Of a stretch of DNA of 64,000 nucleotides, positions 17,264 to 27,013 are shown one piece after another. The notes below the pieces were generated by a model that was given only the letters and a program-made list of their open reading frames with translations, did no database searches and was not told where the DNA came from. The position numbers were made by a program, and so were the translations under genes. Source of the DNA: Paeniglutamicibacter sp. R2-26 (GTDB lineage: Bacteria; Actinomycetota; Actinomycetes; Actinomycetales; Micrococcaceae); contig NZ_JBPULF010000002.1 of assembly GCF_051550675.1 (NCBI RefSeq), forward strand, positions 441,879 to 505,878, in the 5' to 3' direction. Positions within the stretch are counted from its first letter, which is position 1; each line of letters opens with the position of its first letter.

Positions 17264-18682
17264 CTACTTCCCGGAAGCCGGCAGGGAAACGGCGGGGTCC
17301 AAGCGAACAAGTGTCGGCGCGACCCGGGCAATGACGATGTAGGCAACGGCACTGACCGCCAGACCGATGAACCATGCGATGTCGACGCCGTTCATGGCAC
17401 TGGCCAGCGGACCTGTGTAGAACGTGGTCGCCATGAACGGGACCTGGGCAGCGACCCCGATGCCGAAGACCAACAAGGCACCGGTGTTCCAGCGGCCGTA
17501 GCGTCCTCCGTCGGCAGCGTAGAACTCTGACACCGCGTACGATCCGTGACGGATGACGTAGTAGTCCACCAGGTTCACGGCCGACCACGGGATCAGCACG
17601 TAGAGCAGGACGCTGAGGAAGCTGAAGTAGGACGAGGCAAAATTAGTGGCCGCCGCCAGCGCCAGGGCGATGCCGACAGCATGCAACACCAACGACGTGG
17701 CCAAGCGGGCCTTGGCCCCGGGGCGCCATCCGCTGCGGAAGGTTTCGAGAAGGGTCAGTGCGCACAGAGCGCTGCAGTAGGCGTTCACGGAGTTCCCCGC
17801 AGCCGCAACGAGCGCGAAACCGGTCAGCACCAGGAATCCGATCACCGGACCAAGGATGCCGTGCAGTCCCGTCATGGTGTCGACCCCTGTCACGGCAAGT
17901 CCGATTCCCGCGCCGAGAACCATCAGCAGCGCGCTGGAGGTGACGCACCCAAGGTAGGTCCCCCAGAAGGCGCCCTTCGTGCCAGACTTCGCCGGCATGT
18001 AGCGGGAGTAGTCCGAAACGTAGGGGGCGTAGGTCAGCTGCCACACGATGCCGATGGCAAGCATGGCAAAGAACCCGGGCCAGGAAAATGTGCCGGCCGA
18101 AACGTTGCCCCAGAAATCCCCGTTGGCGAACAGTGCCACGAACGAGACCAAGACGAGGCCTCCGACGATGTACGCCCCGAGCTGGGTGACCTTGCGAACC
18201 AGGTTGTAGCCAAAGGCGGCAATCACGAAACTCAGGACGGCGCAGGCGACGATCAGGACGGAACCGCTGGCGCCGGGAACCAGGGTGGTGATCGAGTCGG
18301 CGGACACGATGAGGTTGGAGGAAAAGTAGCCAATGAACATCAGGATCGCCACTGCCACGATGAGGCTGGCACCCTTGGATCCGAATTGCCCTCGGGCCTG
18401 CAGCATCTGCGGGACGCCGAGCGCGGGCCCCTGCGCCGCATGCAATGCCATCCCGATCCCGCCCAACGCGTGGCCCACAAGGATCGCGACGATGGAGGCA
18501 ACCAACGGAAGTTCCAACAAGGTCGTGGCAGTGGCTCCGGTAACAACGGTCAGCGGCGTCATGTTCATCCCGAACCAAATGGTGAACAGTTCCGTGGCTT
18601 TTCCGTGTCTGGCGTCCTCGGGAATGGGCGCAATGGATTCCTGCTCGATTTCAAAGAGCCTGGATCTTTGGTTGGTGCTCAT
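17264..18682 (-). CDS. NCS1-family (cytosine/purine/uracil/allantoin) permease
   Basis: 472 aa, 12 TM helices. CodB/NCS1-like N-terminal region (ELFTIWFGMNMTPLTVVTGA). Stop lies 6 nt before the amidohydrolase start, suggesting an operon. Confidence 0.8.
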   Translation of the reverse strand: MSTNQRSRLFEIEQESIAPIPEDARHGKATELFTIWFGMNMTPLTVVTGATATTLLELPLVASIVAILVGHALGGIGMALHAAQGPALGVPQMLQARGQFGSKGASLIVAVAILMFIGYFSSNLIVSADSITTLVPGASGSVLIVACAVLSFVIAAFGYNLVRKVTQLGAYIVGGLVLVSFVALFANGDFWGNVSAGTFSWPGFFAMLAIGIVWQLTYAPYVSDYSRYMPAKSGTKGAFWGTYLGCVTSSALLMVLGAGIGLAVTGVDTMTGLHGILGPVIGFLVLTGFALVAAAGNSVNAYCSALCALTLLETFRSGWRPGAKARLATSLVLHAVGIALALAAATNFASSYFSFLSVLLYVLIPWSAVNLVDYYVIRHGSYAVSEFYAADGGRYGRWNTGALLVFGIGVAAQVPFMATTFYTGPLASAMNGVDIAWFIGLAVSAVAYIVIARVAPTLVRLDPAVSLPASGK

Positions 18683-18814
18683 GTCGTTCCTGACTGGGAG
18701 AGGAAGCCCTCGCTGGAGGTGGCGTCGGGCGGTGGACTGTGCCCAACGCTAGGTCGGTGAGTCGCATCACGTAAAGAAGTTTCAATCGATGCAGTTCATC
18801 GCTCAAACAGATGC

Positions 18815-18841
18815 GGCCTCCCCGAACACACCGGGGAGGCC
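18815..18841 (-). terminator. hairpin downstream of aldehyde dehydrogenase gene
   Basis: GGCCTCCCCG-aacacac-CGGGGAGGCC, located 20 nt beyond the ALDH stop. Confidence 0.5.
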
Positions 18842-18860
18842 ACGCCGTGAATCGGCCCAT

Positions 18861-20348
18861 TTAGCCGAACTGGATCCACGTGGTCTTGGAGGCCGTGTAG
18901 TTGTCGAAAGCCTGCAGCGAGAGGTCGCGCCCGAAGCCCGACTGCTTGAACCCGCCGAACGGCGTCGTGTTGCCCAGGGCATCGACGGTATTCACCGACA
19001 CGGTACCGGCGACCAGCTCCGCTGCAACGCGATGGGCGCGGCCCAGGTCCGAGGTCCACAGCGAGGCCGCCAACCCGTAGTCCGTGGCGTTGGCCATGGC
19101 AACGGCCTCCTCCTCGGTGTCGAAGGGCTGCAGCACGGCCACGGGCCCGAAGATCTCCTCCCGGTGCACCTCGTGCCCAGCATCAAGTCCGCCAAGCAGC
19201 GTGGGTTCCAGGTAGGCATTCGACCCACGGATCTCGAGACGTTCGCCGCCGAAGAGAACGGCACCCTCGCGGCGTCCGCGGTGGACCCATGTCTCCACGG
19301 AATCGGTGTGGCCGCCAGAGACCAGCGCCCCGTTGCCGGAGAGCCCCGCCAGCGGATCGGCGGGCGCGTACGCCGCGGCCGCACGCTCCAGCAGTGAAAG
19401 GAACTCGTCGTGGATGGAGCGCTGGACCAGGATGCGCGAGTTGGCGGAGCACACCTGCCCCTGGTTGTAGAACGCCCCGAAGGCAGCCTTGTCCGCGGCC
19501 AGTGCCAGGTCCGTGGTGTCGGCGAAGACCAGGTTCGAGCTCTTGCCGCCGGCTTCGAGGCTCAGGCGCTTGAGGTTGCTGCGTCCCGAGGCTTCGAGCA
19601 AGGTACGCGAGACGGCCGTCGATCCTGTGAAGGCCAACGCATCCACGTCCATGTGCAACGCCAACGCCGATCCGACCTCGCGCCCGGAACCGGTCACGAC
19701 GTTGAGCACCCCGTCCGGCATTCCGGCCTCTGCCGCCAGCTCTGCGGCGCGCAGGATGCTCAGCGAGGTCTGCTCGGCCGGTTTCAGCACCACCGAGTTC
19801 CCGGCAGCCAGAGCGGGGGCAAGCTTCCAGACTGCGATCTCCAACGGGAAGTTCCACGGCACGATGGCAGCCACGACGCCCAGCGGCTCGCGGGTCACCA
19901 GCGCCGTGGCACCCGGTGGCACTGCCGGAAGTTCTCCCGATTGCTTGTCGATGGCCTCCGCATACCAGCGCAGCGTGGAAATGGCGCCCGGGACATCGAC
20001 GGTGCTCGCCTGCAGGATCGGCTTTCCGCTGTCGAGGCTCTCCAGCAGTGCCAGTTCCTCGGCGTGCTTTTCCATCAGGGCGGCCCAGGCCAGGAGCACC
20101 GATTTCCGCACCTCAGGGCCGGAGCGCGACCATGCAGGGAAGGCCCTCCGGGCTGCGGCCACCGCCGCATCGACGTCGTCCGAGCCGCAGCCGCTGAGCA
20201 GAGCTAGTTCGCGGTTGTCGATCGGGCTGGTGGTCGGGCGCCTGCGGCCGGAGGCCGCGTCGCGACGTTGGCCGTTGATGATGGCGCGGCCGTCGATCCG
20301 CAGGGCATCGGCCAGGGTATCCCATGTGGCCAAGGTCTGGTTTGTCAT
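18861..20348 (-). CDS. NAD(P)-dependent aldehyde dehydrogenase
   Basis: Start MTNQTLATW. Catalytic Cys (QGQVCSANSR), ELGGKS/EAGGKS and FTGSTAVSR motifs. The six-frame ORF to 21077 is an artifactual N-terminal extension. Confidence 0.85.
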   Translation of the reverse strand: MTNQTLATWDTLADALRIDGRAIINGQRRDAASGRRRPTTSPIDNRELALLSGCGSDDVDAAVAAARRAFPAWSRSGPEVRKSVLLAWAALMEKHAEELALLESLDSGKPILQASTVDVPGAISTLRWYAEAIDKQSGELPAVPPGATALVTREPLGVVAAIVPWNFPLEIAVWKLAPALAAGNSVVLKPAEQTSLSILRAAELAAEAGMPDGVLNVVTGSGREVGSALALHMDVDALAFTGSTAVSRTLLEASGRSNLKRLSLEAGGKSSNLVFADTTDLALAADKAAFGAFYNQGQVCSANSRILVQRSIHDEFLSLLERAAAAYAPADPLAGLSGNGALVSGGHTDSVETWVHRGRREGAVLFGGERLEIRGSNAYLEPTLLGGLDAGHEVHREEIFGPVAVLQPFDTEEEAVAMANATDYGLAASLWTSDLGRAHRVAAELVAGTVSVNTVDALGNTTPFGGFKQSGFGRDLSLQAFDNYTASKTTWIQFG

Positions 20349-20377
20349 GTGTGTTCTCCATTGGTTGCAGGTGGTTC

Positions 20378-20821
20378 TCAGGCGCGCACCGCGGCAGGTT
20401 CCCGGCGCGCCGGATGGCTGTGGCGCAGGACGGCCGAGGCCGTCGCCAGCGCCAGGAGTTCGAGGGCAACAAGGCCGAGCATGGCGGCGCCGTGCTCGCC
20501 GGCGGGCCCGCGGCCCGCGTGTGCCCCGTGCCCATGCCCTTCCATCCCGGGCATGCCGATCCACAGCAAGTGGATGACCGCCATGGCCGCAGACATCAGC
20601 ATGAGCTGGAGCGCGGATTTCCCGAGGTTGCAGCGGGCCGCCCGCAGGTGGGGCAGGCAAGTGAGGCAGAGCGCGCCCATGGCTCCCATGGCCAGCGCCG
20701 ATACGCCCTCGGATCCGAGCGCGGCCAGCAGGTGGGCGGCCGAAACCAGCAGCACGACACCGCGCAGCAGCCACGACATGGCGCGTGCGCCGGCCTCGGG
20801 GAAACCCGGTTCCTCTTCCAT
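20378..20821 (-). CDS. small His-rich membrane protein, unknown function
   Basis: About 147 aa from MEEEPG; 3-4 hydrophobic helices. CLTCLPHLRAARCN and MEGHGHGAHAG motifs. High GC3 consistent with coding. Stop lies 30 nt upstream of the ALDH start. Alternative start is MSWLL. Confidence 0.45.
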   Translation of the reverse strand: MEEEPGFPEAGARAMSWLLRGVVLLVSAAHLLAALGSEGVSALAMGAMGALCLTCLPHLRAARCNLGKSALQLMLMSAAMAVIHLLWIGMPGMEGHGHGAHAGRGPAGEHGAAMLGLVALELLALATASAVLRHSHPARREPAAVRA

Positions 20822-20955
20822 CGCTTTGCAGCCCTTCCACCGGTGCTTGGAACGATGCCCCGCCAAAACACCCTTTACGGGCGCCGGTGATGTGGGTAAC
20901 ATCGAATTGTTGATTGAACAGTTGTATCACCAAAACCCCAGCTTGAGGAAGACCC

Positions 20956-22905
20956 ATGACTCTCCAAACCGACCGCCGGGCCACGCAGACCGCGCACCCC
21001 CTGGACCAGCTGACCACCGACGAATTCAGTGCCGTGCGCTCCATCCTGGACACCGCCGGGCTCGTGCCGGAGACCACCCGGTTTGCCTACGTCGGCCTGC
21101 TGGAGCCGTCCAAGGACGAGCTCTACCCGGAGGTTTCCCCGGGCACCGACCGGCGTGTGCGGGTCATGCTCTGGGACGCGGCGCTCTCCCGCTCCCTGGA
21201 CCTCACGGTGTCCCTCGCCAGCCGCAGCGTGCTCAGCCTGCGCGAGCTGGACCCGGCGGTCGACGGACAACTTCCGGTGCTGCTCGAGGAATTCGAGATC
21301 ATCGAACAAATCCTGGCGGCGGACGAACAGTGGATCGCCGCGCTGGCATCCCGCGGGCTGACCACCGCCCAGGTCCGCGTCGCCCCGCTCTCGGCGGGGG
21401 TCTTCGACTACGAGGACGAGACGGGCAAGCGCCTGCTTCGCGGGCTCGGTTTCCGCCAGGACCACCCGGCAGACCACGCCTGGGCGCACCCGATCGACGG
21501 GCTCGTGGCCTTCGTGGATGTGGAGAAGCGGCGCGTCAACCACCTCATCGACGACGGCCCGGTCCCCGTCCCGGACGTCAACGGCAACTACACGGACCCG
21601 GCCATCCACGGGGAGCTGCGCACCGACCTCAAGCCGATCGAGGTCATCCAGCCCGAGGGAGCCAGCTTCACCCTCGAGGGCAACCACCTGTCCTGGCTGG
21701 GCTGGGACCTGCGCGTTGGCTTCGACGCCCGGGAGGGACTCGTCCTGCACCAGCTGCACCACACGCTCGACGGTCGGCGGCGCCCCGTCATCCACCGCGC
21801 CGCGATCTCGGAAATGGTCGTCCCCTACGGCGACCCCGCCCCCTACCGCAGCTGGCAGAACTACTTCGACTCCGGGGAATACCTGGTGGGCCGGGATGCG
21901 AACTCGCTGAAACTCGGGTGCGACTGCCTGGGCGAGATCACCTATCTCTCCCCCGTGGTGGCCGACGACTTCGGCAACCCGCGCACCATCCCCAATGGCA
22001 TCTGCATCCACGAGGAGGACGCCGGGATCGCCTGGAAGCACACCGACGAATGGGCGGGGTCCAACGAGGTCCGCCGCAACCGCCGGCTCGTCGTCTCCTT
22101 CTTCACGACCGTCGGCAACTACGACTACGGCTTCTACTGGTACCTCTACCTGGACGGCACCATCGAGTTCGAGGCCAAAGCGACCGGCATCGTCTTCACC
22201 GCGGCCCTGCCGCACAAGGGCTACGCCTACGCCTCGGAGATCGCCCCGGGCCTGGGCGCCCCGTACCACCAGCACCTCTTCAGCGCCCGCATGGACATGA
22301 TGGTCGACGGCAGCACCAACCGCGTCGAGGAACTGGACCTCAAGCGCCTGCCCAAGGGAGAGGGCAACCCCCACGGAAACGCCTTCACGCAGCAGCGCAC
22401 CGTCCTGGCCTCCGAGGCTCAGGCCGTCCGCGACGCCGACGGCACCGTGGGCCGGGTCTGGCACATCAGCAACCCGGGGTCGCTGAACAAGATGGGCGAG
22501 CCCGTCGGCTACACGCTCTACCCGGAGGCCGCCCCCACCCTGGCGATGGCCGACGACTCCTCCATCGCCTCCCGGGCCGCCTTCGCCCGGCACCACCTGT
22601 GGGTGACCCGGTTCGCCGCGGACGAGCTCTACGCCGCGGGCGACTTCGTCAACCAGCACCCCGGCGGCGCCGGCCTGCCGGCCTTCGTCGCCCGGGACCG
22701 CGGGCTCGACGGCGAGGACCTGGTGCTCTGGCACTCCTTCGGGCTCACCCACTTCCCGCGCCCGGAGGACTGGCCGATCATGCCGGTGGACACCACCGGA
22801 TTCAAGCTCAAGCCGCACGGTTTCTTCGACCAGAACCCGACGCTGAACCTGCCCGCGTCGACCGCCGGCCACTGCGCGCCCGGCGGCTGCGAGGGCGGCA
22901 AGTAG
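20956..22905 (+). CDS. copper-containing amine oxidase (TPQ cofactor)
   Basis: TPQ consensus T-x-x-N-Y-D-Y ([12 protein letters not shown]). 649 aa with conserved His copper ligands. Overall similarity to Arthrobacter phenylethylamine/histamine oxidases. Confidence 0.9.
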   Translation: MTLQTDRRATQTAHPLDQLTTDEFSAVRSILDTAGLVPETTRFAYVGLLEPSKDELYPEVSPGTDRRVRVMLWDAALSRSLDLTVSLASRSVLSLRELDPAVDGQLPVLLEEFEIIEQILAADEQWIAALASRGLTTAQVRVAPLSAGVFDYEDETGKRLLRGLGFRQDHPADHAWAHPIDGLVAFVDVEKRRVNHLIDDGPVPVPDVNGNYTDPAIHGELRTDLKPIEVIQPEGASFTLEGNHLSWLGWDLRVGFDAREGLVLHQLHHTLDGRRRPVIHRAAISEMVVPYGDPAPYRSWQNYFDSGEYLVGRDANSLKLGCDCLGEITYLSPVVADDFGNPRTIPNGICIHEEDAGIAWKHTDEWAGSNEVRRNRRLVVSFFTTVGNYDYGFYWYLYLDGTIEFEAKATGIVFTAALPHKGYAYASEIAPGLGAPYHQHLFSARMDMMVDGSTNRVEELDLKRLPKGEGNPHGNAFTQQRTVLASEAQAVRDADGTVGRVWHISNPGSLNKMGEPVGYTLYPEAAPTLAMADDSSIASRAAFARHHLWVTRFAADELYAAGDFVNQHPGGAGLPAFVARDRGLDGEDLVLWHSFGLTHFPRPEDWPIMPVDTTGFKLKPHGFFDQNPTLNLPASTAGHCAPGGCEGGK

Positions 22906-22952
22906 CCGGCTCCGGACCCCGCCGCGGCGATCCGGCCGCGGTGGTACAGTGA

Positions 22953-22998
22953 CGACGGGCGGGCTCCCGCGGGACCCCGCCCGTCACCCGTCTTTCCA
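22953..22998 (+). promoter_or_regulatory. nested inverted repeats between amine oxidase stop and TetR start
   Basis: GTGACGACGGGCGGG…CCCGCCCGTCAC, with inner perfect palindrome TCCCGCGGGA. May act as terminator and/or operator. Confidence 0.35.
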
Positions 22999-23013
22999 GG
23001 AGGAAGAACCCCC

Positions 23014-23616
23014 ATGCCCCGGTTGGTCGACCACGCCGAACGCCGCAGCGCCATCATCGAAACCACCTGGAAGGTCATTGCCGAGCGCGGCATCGAGAAT
23101 GCCAGCATGCGCGACATCGCCCGCGAGTGCGGCTACGCGGCCCCCGGGATCCTGGCGCACTACTTCCCCAACAAGGACGCCCTGCTGCTGGCCTCCTACG
23201 AACTGATCTGCCAACGGACCAACGAGCGCATCGCCGCCTCCACCGCGGGCAAGCGGGGGCTCGCCGCGCTGCGCACCCTCTGCCTGGAGATCATCCCGGC
23301 GGAGGACCTGACCGCCGTGGAGGCGCGGGTCGCGGTGTCCTTCTGGCAGCGGGCGCAAAGCGACACCGAGCTGCGCCGGGTGGGGCGCGACGCCCTCGCA
23401 TTCTGGCACGCGGCGATCATGTCGTGCCTCGCGCAGGAACGCGCCGACACCGGGGCGCACGGACCCGCGGACCCGGACCTGGTGGCCGACGAGCTGCTGA
23501 ACACCATGATGGGGCTGCACATCACCGCGATGCTCGACCCCGGGGCCATGACCGGCTCGCGCCAGCGCCGGCTGCTCGACGGCATGCTCGAGCGGATCTC
23601 GCTGGCCCTGGTCTAG
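23014..23616 (+). CDS. TetR-family transcriptional regulator
   Basis: N-terminal HTH (IENASMRDIARECGYAAPGILAHYFPNKDALL). 200 aa. Confidence 0.85.
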   Translation: MPRLVDHAERRSAIIETTWKVIAERGIENASMRDIARECGYAAPGILAHYFPNKDALLLASYELICQRTNERIAASTAGKRGLAALRTLCLEIIPAEDLTAVEARVAVSFWQRAQSDTELRRVGRDALAFWHAAIMSCLAQERADTGAHGPADPDLVADELLNTMMGLHITAMLDPGAMTGSRQRRLLDGMLERISLALV

Positions 23617-24545
23617 CCCCGGGCCTCCCGGTCCCGCGACCGCGCCGCGAGCCCCTCCACCTGCATGCGCACCGCCTGCGCCACGGCGCGCGTCCTGGCG
23701 GTGGGGCGCTGGATGCGCAGCCGGGCGATCACCGTCTGCAGTTCCGGGACGCGTCCCTTGATCGCCACGGGCACCACGCGCCCGCCGTCGTACGTGAAAT
23801 CATGCTGCGGACGCTGGTGCAGGATCGAATACCCGTGCCCGTTGGCCACGAAGGTGCGCACCGTCTCGTAGCTGCCGGAGCGGAAACGCACGTTGGGCTC
23901 CAGACCGGCCTCGGAGAGGATCGAGAGCATCAGCTCGCGGGTGTGCGGCAGGTCCAGCAGCACGAACGGCTCGTCCCGCATCTCCGCCAGGTCCACCTCC
24001 GCGCGCTGGGCGAAACGGTGTTCGGGCGGCAGCGCGAGGTACGGGCGGGCGCCGTGCACCGCCGTGGCGGCGACCTCCTCGGGCAGTCCCAGGTCGTAGC
24101 AGAGCGCCAGGTCCACCTGGCCGTTGAGCAGGGCCGCGGAACAGCCCGCCGCGTCGGCCTCCACCACCTCCAGTTCGAGGTCCGGGTGCTCCAGGCGCAT
24201 CCGGCTGAGCAGTCCGGGAAGCAGGAACGGGGCCAGCGTGCTGAAGCAGGCAAGCCGCACGCGCCCGGCGAGGCTGGCCTGCTCGCCGCGGGCGTGGTCG
24301 ACGGCCTCCTCGACGTGGGCCAGCACGGCCAGCGCGTCGCGCAGGAACAGCTCGCCCGCGGGGGTGAGCACCAGCCCCTTGGAACGCTGGCGGATGAAGA
24401 ACTGCGAGCCGATCTGGCGCTCGAGCTGGGCCACGGCACTTGACACCGCGGACTGCGCGACGTTCAGCCGCTCGGCGGCCCCCGTCATCGACAGCCGCGC
24501 GGCGGCCTCGGCGAAGTACCTCATTTGCGTCAACGTCACGTCCAT
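23613..24545 (-). CDS. LysR-family transcriptional regulator
   Basis: N-terminal HTH (LTQMRYFAEAAARLSMTGAAERLNVAQSAVSSAVAQLE) plus LysR substrate-binding domain. Start at MDVTLTQ (24543-24545). Four-nt convergent overlap with the TetR stop. Confidence 0.85.
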   Translation of the reverse strand: MDVTLTQMRYFAEAAARLSMTGAAERLNVAQSAVSSAVAQLERQIGSQFFIRQRSKGLVLTPAGELFLRDALAVLAHVEEAVDHARGEQASLAGRVRLACFSTLAPFLLPGLLSRMRLEHPDLELEVVEADAAGCSAALLNGQVDLALCYDLGLPEEVAATAVHGARPYLALPPEHRFAQRAEVDLAEMRDEPFVLLDLPHTRELMLSILSEAGLEPNVRFRSGSYETVRTFVANGHGYSILHQRPQHDFTYDGGRVVPVAIKGRVPELQTVIARLRIQRPTARTRAVAQAVRMQVEGLAARSRDREARG

Positions 24546-24564
24546 CCCCCGAGCATAGACCATT

Positions 24565-24583
24565 GCATCTGAAATTCAGATGC
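24565..24583. promoter_or_regulatory. LysR-type T-N11-A box (perfect palindrome)
   Basis: GCATCTGAA-A-TTCAGATGC, containing ATC-N9-GAT. Located 20 nt upstream of the lysR start in the lysR/ridA divergent region. Confidence 0.65.
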
Positions 24584-24739
24584 ATCTTCTCTAAAAAAAC
24601 TGTTAGACAGATGTGCTGGTGCGTTGAATGCTTGACTCACGCACCCGCGTCCCGGAGCGGGCACCCGCCCGGGATGGCGGCCCACCCCCAGAACAGACCG
24701 ACCGCCGGCAGGCCCGGCCACAGGAAAGGCGGCAGGACC

Positions 24740-25159
24740 GTGAAACACACCCGCATCCGCACCTTCAACACCAAGGACACCTACCCGGAGCAAAACCTGG
24801 ACAACGACCTCTGCCAGGCGGTTGTCGCCGGCGGCGTCGTCTACCTGCGCGGGCAGATCGGCCAGGACCTGGACACCCGCGAATCTGTGGGCATCGGCGA
24901 CGTGGAGGCCCAGACGGAGAAGGCCATGGCCAACATCAAGATGCTGCTGGAGGAGGCCGGGGGCACCCTGGAGGACATCGTCAAGGTGACCGTCTACCTG
25001 ATCGACCCGCGCTACCGCGAAACCGTGTACCGCACCATGGGCCGCTGGCTCAAGGGCGTCTTCCCCGTCTCCACCGGGCTCGTCGTCTCTGCCCTGGCCC
25101 GCCCCGAATGGCTCGTGGAGATCGATGCCACAGCAGTGCTGTCGGGGGACGCGAAATGA
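24740..25159 (+). CDS. RidA/YjgF/UK114-family enamine/imine deaminase
   Basis: About 139 aa (KHTRIRTFNTKDTYPEQNLDNDLCQAVVAGGVVYLRGQIG…VKVTVYL). GTG start at 24740 chosen; the upstream in-frame extension is Arg/Pro-rich and atypical. Confidence 0.7.
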   Translation: MKHTRIRTFNTKDTYPEQNLDNDLCQAVVAGGVVYLRGQIGQDLDTRESVGIGDVEAQTEKAMANIKMLLEEAGGTLEDIVKVTVYLIDPRYRETVYRTMGRWLKGVFPVSTGLVVSALARPEWLVEIDATAVLSGDAK

Positions 25160-25827
25160 CCTTCAGCATCGCCGGCACGGACGGCAACGGTCGGTTCGGC
25201 CTGGCCGTCGCCTCCTCCTCCCCCGCGGTTGCGGCACGCTGCATCCACCTGCGCGACGGCGTGGGCGCCGTCAGCTCCCAGAACATCACTGACCCGCGGC
25301 TGGGCCCGGCGCTGCTCGACCGCCTCGAGGCCGGCGAGGATGCCCGGCAGGCACTTGACGCCGTCGTCGCCGCGGCGCCGGACATCGACTTCCGGCAGCT
25401 CGTGGTCCTGGATTCGCACGGCGGATCCGCCCTTTACAGCGGCGCCCGGACCCTGGGGATCCACGGCCACGGCCGCGGGCCGGCCAGCGCGGGGGCCGGC
25501 AACATGCTGGCCTCCGCCTCGGTGGCGCAGGCGGCCTGCGACGCTTTCGAGTCGGCCGGCGGCGAGCTCGAGGAACGGCTGCTGGCCGGGTTGCGCGGGG
25601 CCCTGGCCGCCGGTGGCGAAGCGGGCCCCGTGCACTCGGCAGGCCTGTCCGTCGTCTCGGGCCACGGCTGGAGGGACACCGACCTGCGCGTTGACTGGCA
25701 CGGGGACCCCGTCGCCGAGCTGGGCAGGCTGCTGGGGATCTGGCTGCCGCAGCGCCAGGCCTATGTGACCCGGGGGCTGGACCCCGTCGCGTCCGAGGGT
25801 TACGGGGTGCCCGGCGATGACAGATAG
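25156..25827 (+). CDS. DUF1028-family protein (predicted Ntn-hydrolase fold, Thr2 nucleophile)
   Basis: Start MTFSIAGTDGNGRFGLAVASSS: Thr directly after the initiator Met, as in N-terminal nucleophile hydrolases. ATGA overlap with the ridA stop. Confidence 0.65.
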   Translation: MTFSIAGTDGNGRFGLAVASSSPAVAARCIHLRDGVGAVSSQNITDPRLGPALLDRLEAGEDARQALDAVVAAAPDIDFRQLVVLDSHGGSALYSGARTLGIHGHGRGPASAGAGNMLASASVAQAACDAFESAGGELEERLLAGLRGALAAGGEAGPVHSAGLSVVSGHGWRDTDLRVDWHGDPVAELGRLLGIWLPQRQAYVTRGLDPVASEGYGVPGDDR

Positions 25828-27013
25828 CACCCTGCTGCCCCCGGCACGCACGGCGGGCACCGCCCGCGGGCGGGTCCTCGAGGCCGTCCGCGCTGAGCAC
25901 CGCGCGCTGGTGGAGCTCTCCGAAACCATCCATGCCAACCCGGAAACAGGCTGGGAGGAACACCGCGCCGCGGCCTGGACCGCCAACTACCTCGAGGCCC
26001 GCGGGTTCGCCGTCGAACGCGGGTACCTCGGGTTCCCCACGGCGCTGCGCGCCGTGCTGGGCACCGGCCGCCGGCGCATCGGGCTGATGGCGGAGTACGA
26101 CGCGCTGCCCGGGCTCGGGCACGCCTGCGGCCACAACATCATTGCCGCCGCCTCCGTGGGTGCGGCCTGCGCCCTGGCCGGCTTCGCCCGGGAGTACGAC
26201 CTGTCCATCGAGCTCTACGGGACGCCCGCGGAGGAGGGCGGCGGCGGCAAGATCGAGATGCTCAAGCGCGGTGCCTTCGCCGGCCTGGACCTCGCGATGA
26301 TGGTCCACCCCAGCCCCGTCGACTCCGCGGAGGCAAACCCGTTCGCCGTCGCGCACCAGCACGTGGAGTACCGCGGGAAGTCGGCGCACGCCGCCGCCTA
26401 CCCGGAGCAGGGAATCAACGCCAACGACGCCTTCGTCATCGCCCAGGTGGCCCTCGGCATGCTGCGCCAGCAGCTTCCCGCCGAAAGCCGGGTCCACGGG
26501 GTGCAGACCCGCGGCGGGGAGGCACCCAACGCCATCCCGGAAACCACCCGGGGCCGCTGGTACGTCCGCGCCGAGACGCTTGCCGAACTGGGCCCGCTGA
26601 ACGAGCGGGTCAACAGGTGCTTCGAGGCCGGCGCCCTGGCCACGGGCTGCGAGTTGGAGATCACCGCCGAGTCCGAGCCCTACTCGGAGTTCCGGACCGA
26701 CGAACGCGCGCTGGGGATCTACCGGCGCCACGCCCTCGCACTGGGCCGCACCTTCGATGCCCCGCCCGAACAGGCCACCATGAACCGCGCCTCGACCGAC
26801 ATGGGCAACGTGTCCCAGGTGGTCCCCGCGATCCACCCCTACATCGGGCTCGGCTGCTTCCCCGCGGCCAACCACCAACCCGAATTCGCCGCACACTGCG
26901 TCGGGGACGCAGCAAACCTCGCCATCCACGACGGCGCCGCGGCCCTCGCGCTGACCGCGTTGGACTACGTCGGGGCCCCGGAAGACCCCAGGAAACGAGT
27001 GGACACGCCATGA
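25817..27013 (+). CDS. M20-family metallopeptidase / amidohydrolase (AbgB/hippuricase-like)
   Basis: 398 aa. Metal-binding region GHACGHN and an M20 dimerisation domain. Overlaps the DUF1028 gene by 11 nt. Confidence 0.8.
   Translation: MTDSTLLPPARTAGTARGRVLEAVRAEHRALVELSETIHANPETGWEEHRAAAWTANYLEARGFAVERGYLGFPTALRAVLGTGRRRIGLMAEYDALPGLGHACGHNIIAAASVGAACALAGFAREYDLSIELYGTPAEEGGGGKIEMLKRGAFAGLDLAMMVHPSPVDSAEANPFAVAHQHVEYRGKSAHAAAYPEQGINANDAFVIAQVALGMLRQQLPAESRVHGVQTRGGEAPNAIPETTRGRWYVRAETLAELGPLNERVNRCFEAGALATGCELEITAESEPYSEFRTDERALGIYRRHALALGRTFDAPPEQATMNRASTDMGNVSQVVPAIHPYIGLGCFPAANHQPEFAAHCVGDAANLAIHDGAAALALTALDYVGAPEDPRKRVDTP

Noticed and set aside
24440-24739. Upstream in-frame extension of ridA (MTPRTARRSAARR…), including ATG 24674
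   Set aside because: Arg/Pro-rich, overlaps the lysR 5' end and regulatory box, and is unlike RidA N-termini. GTG 24740 gives a canonical about 139-aa RidA.
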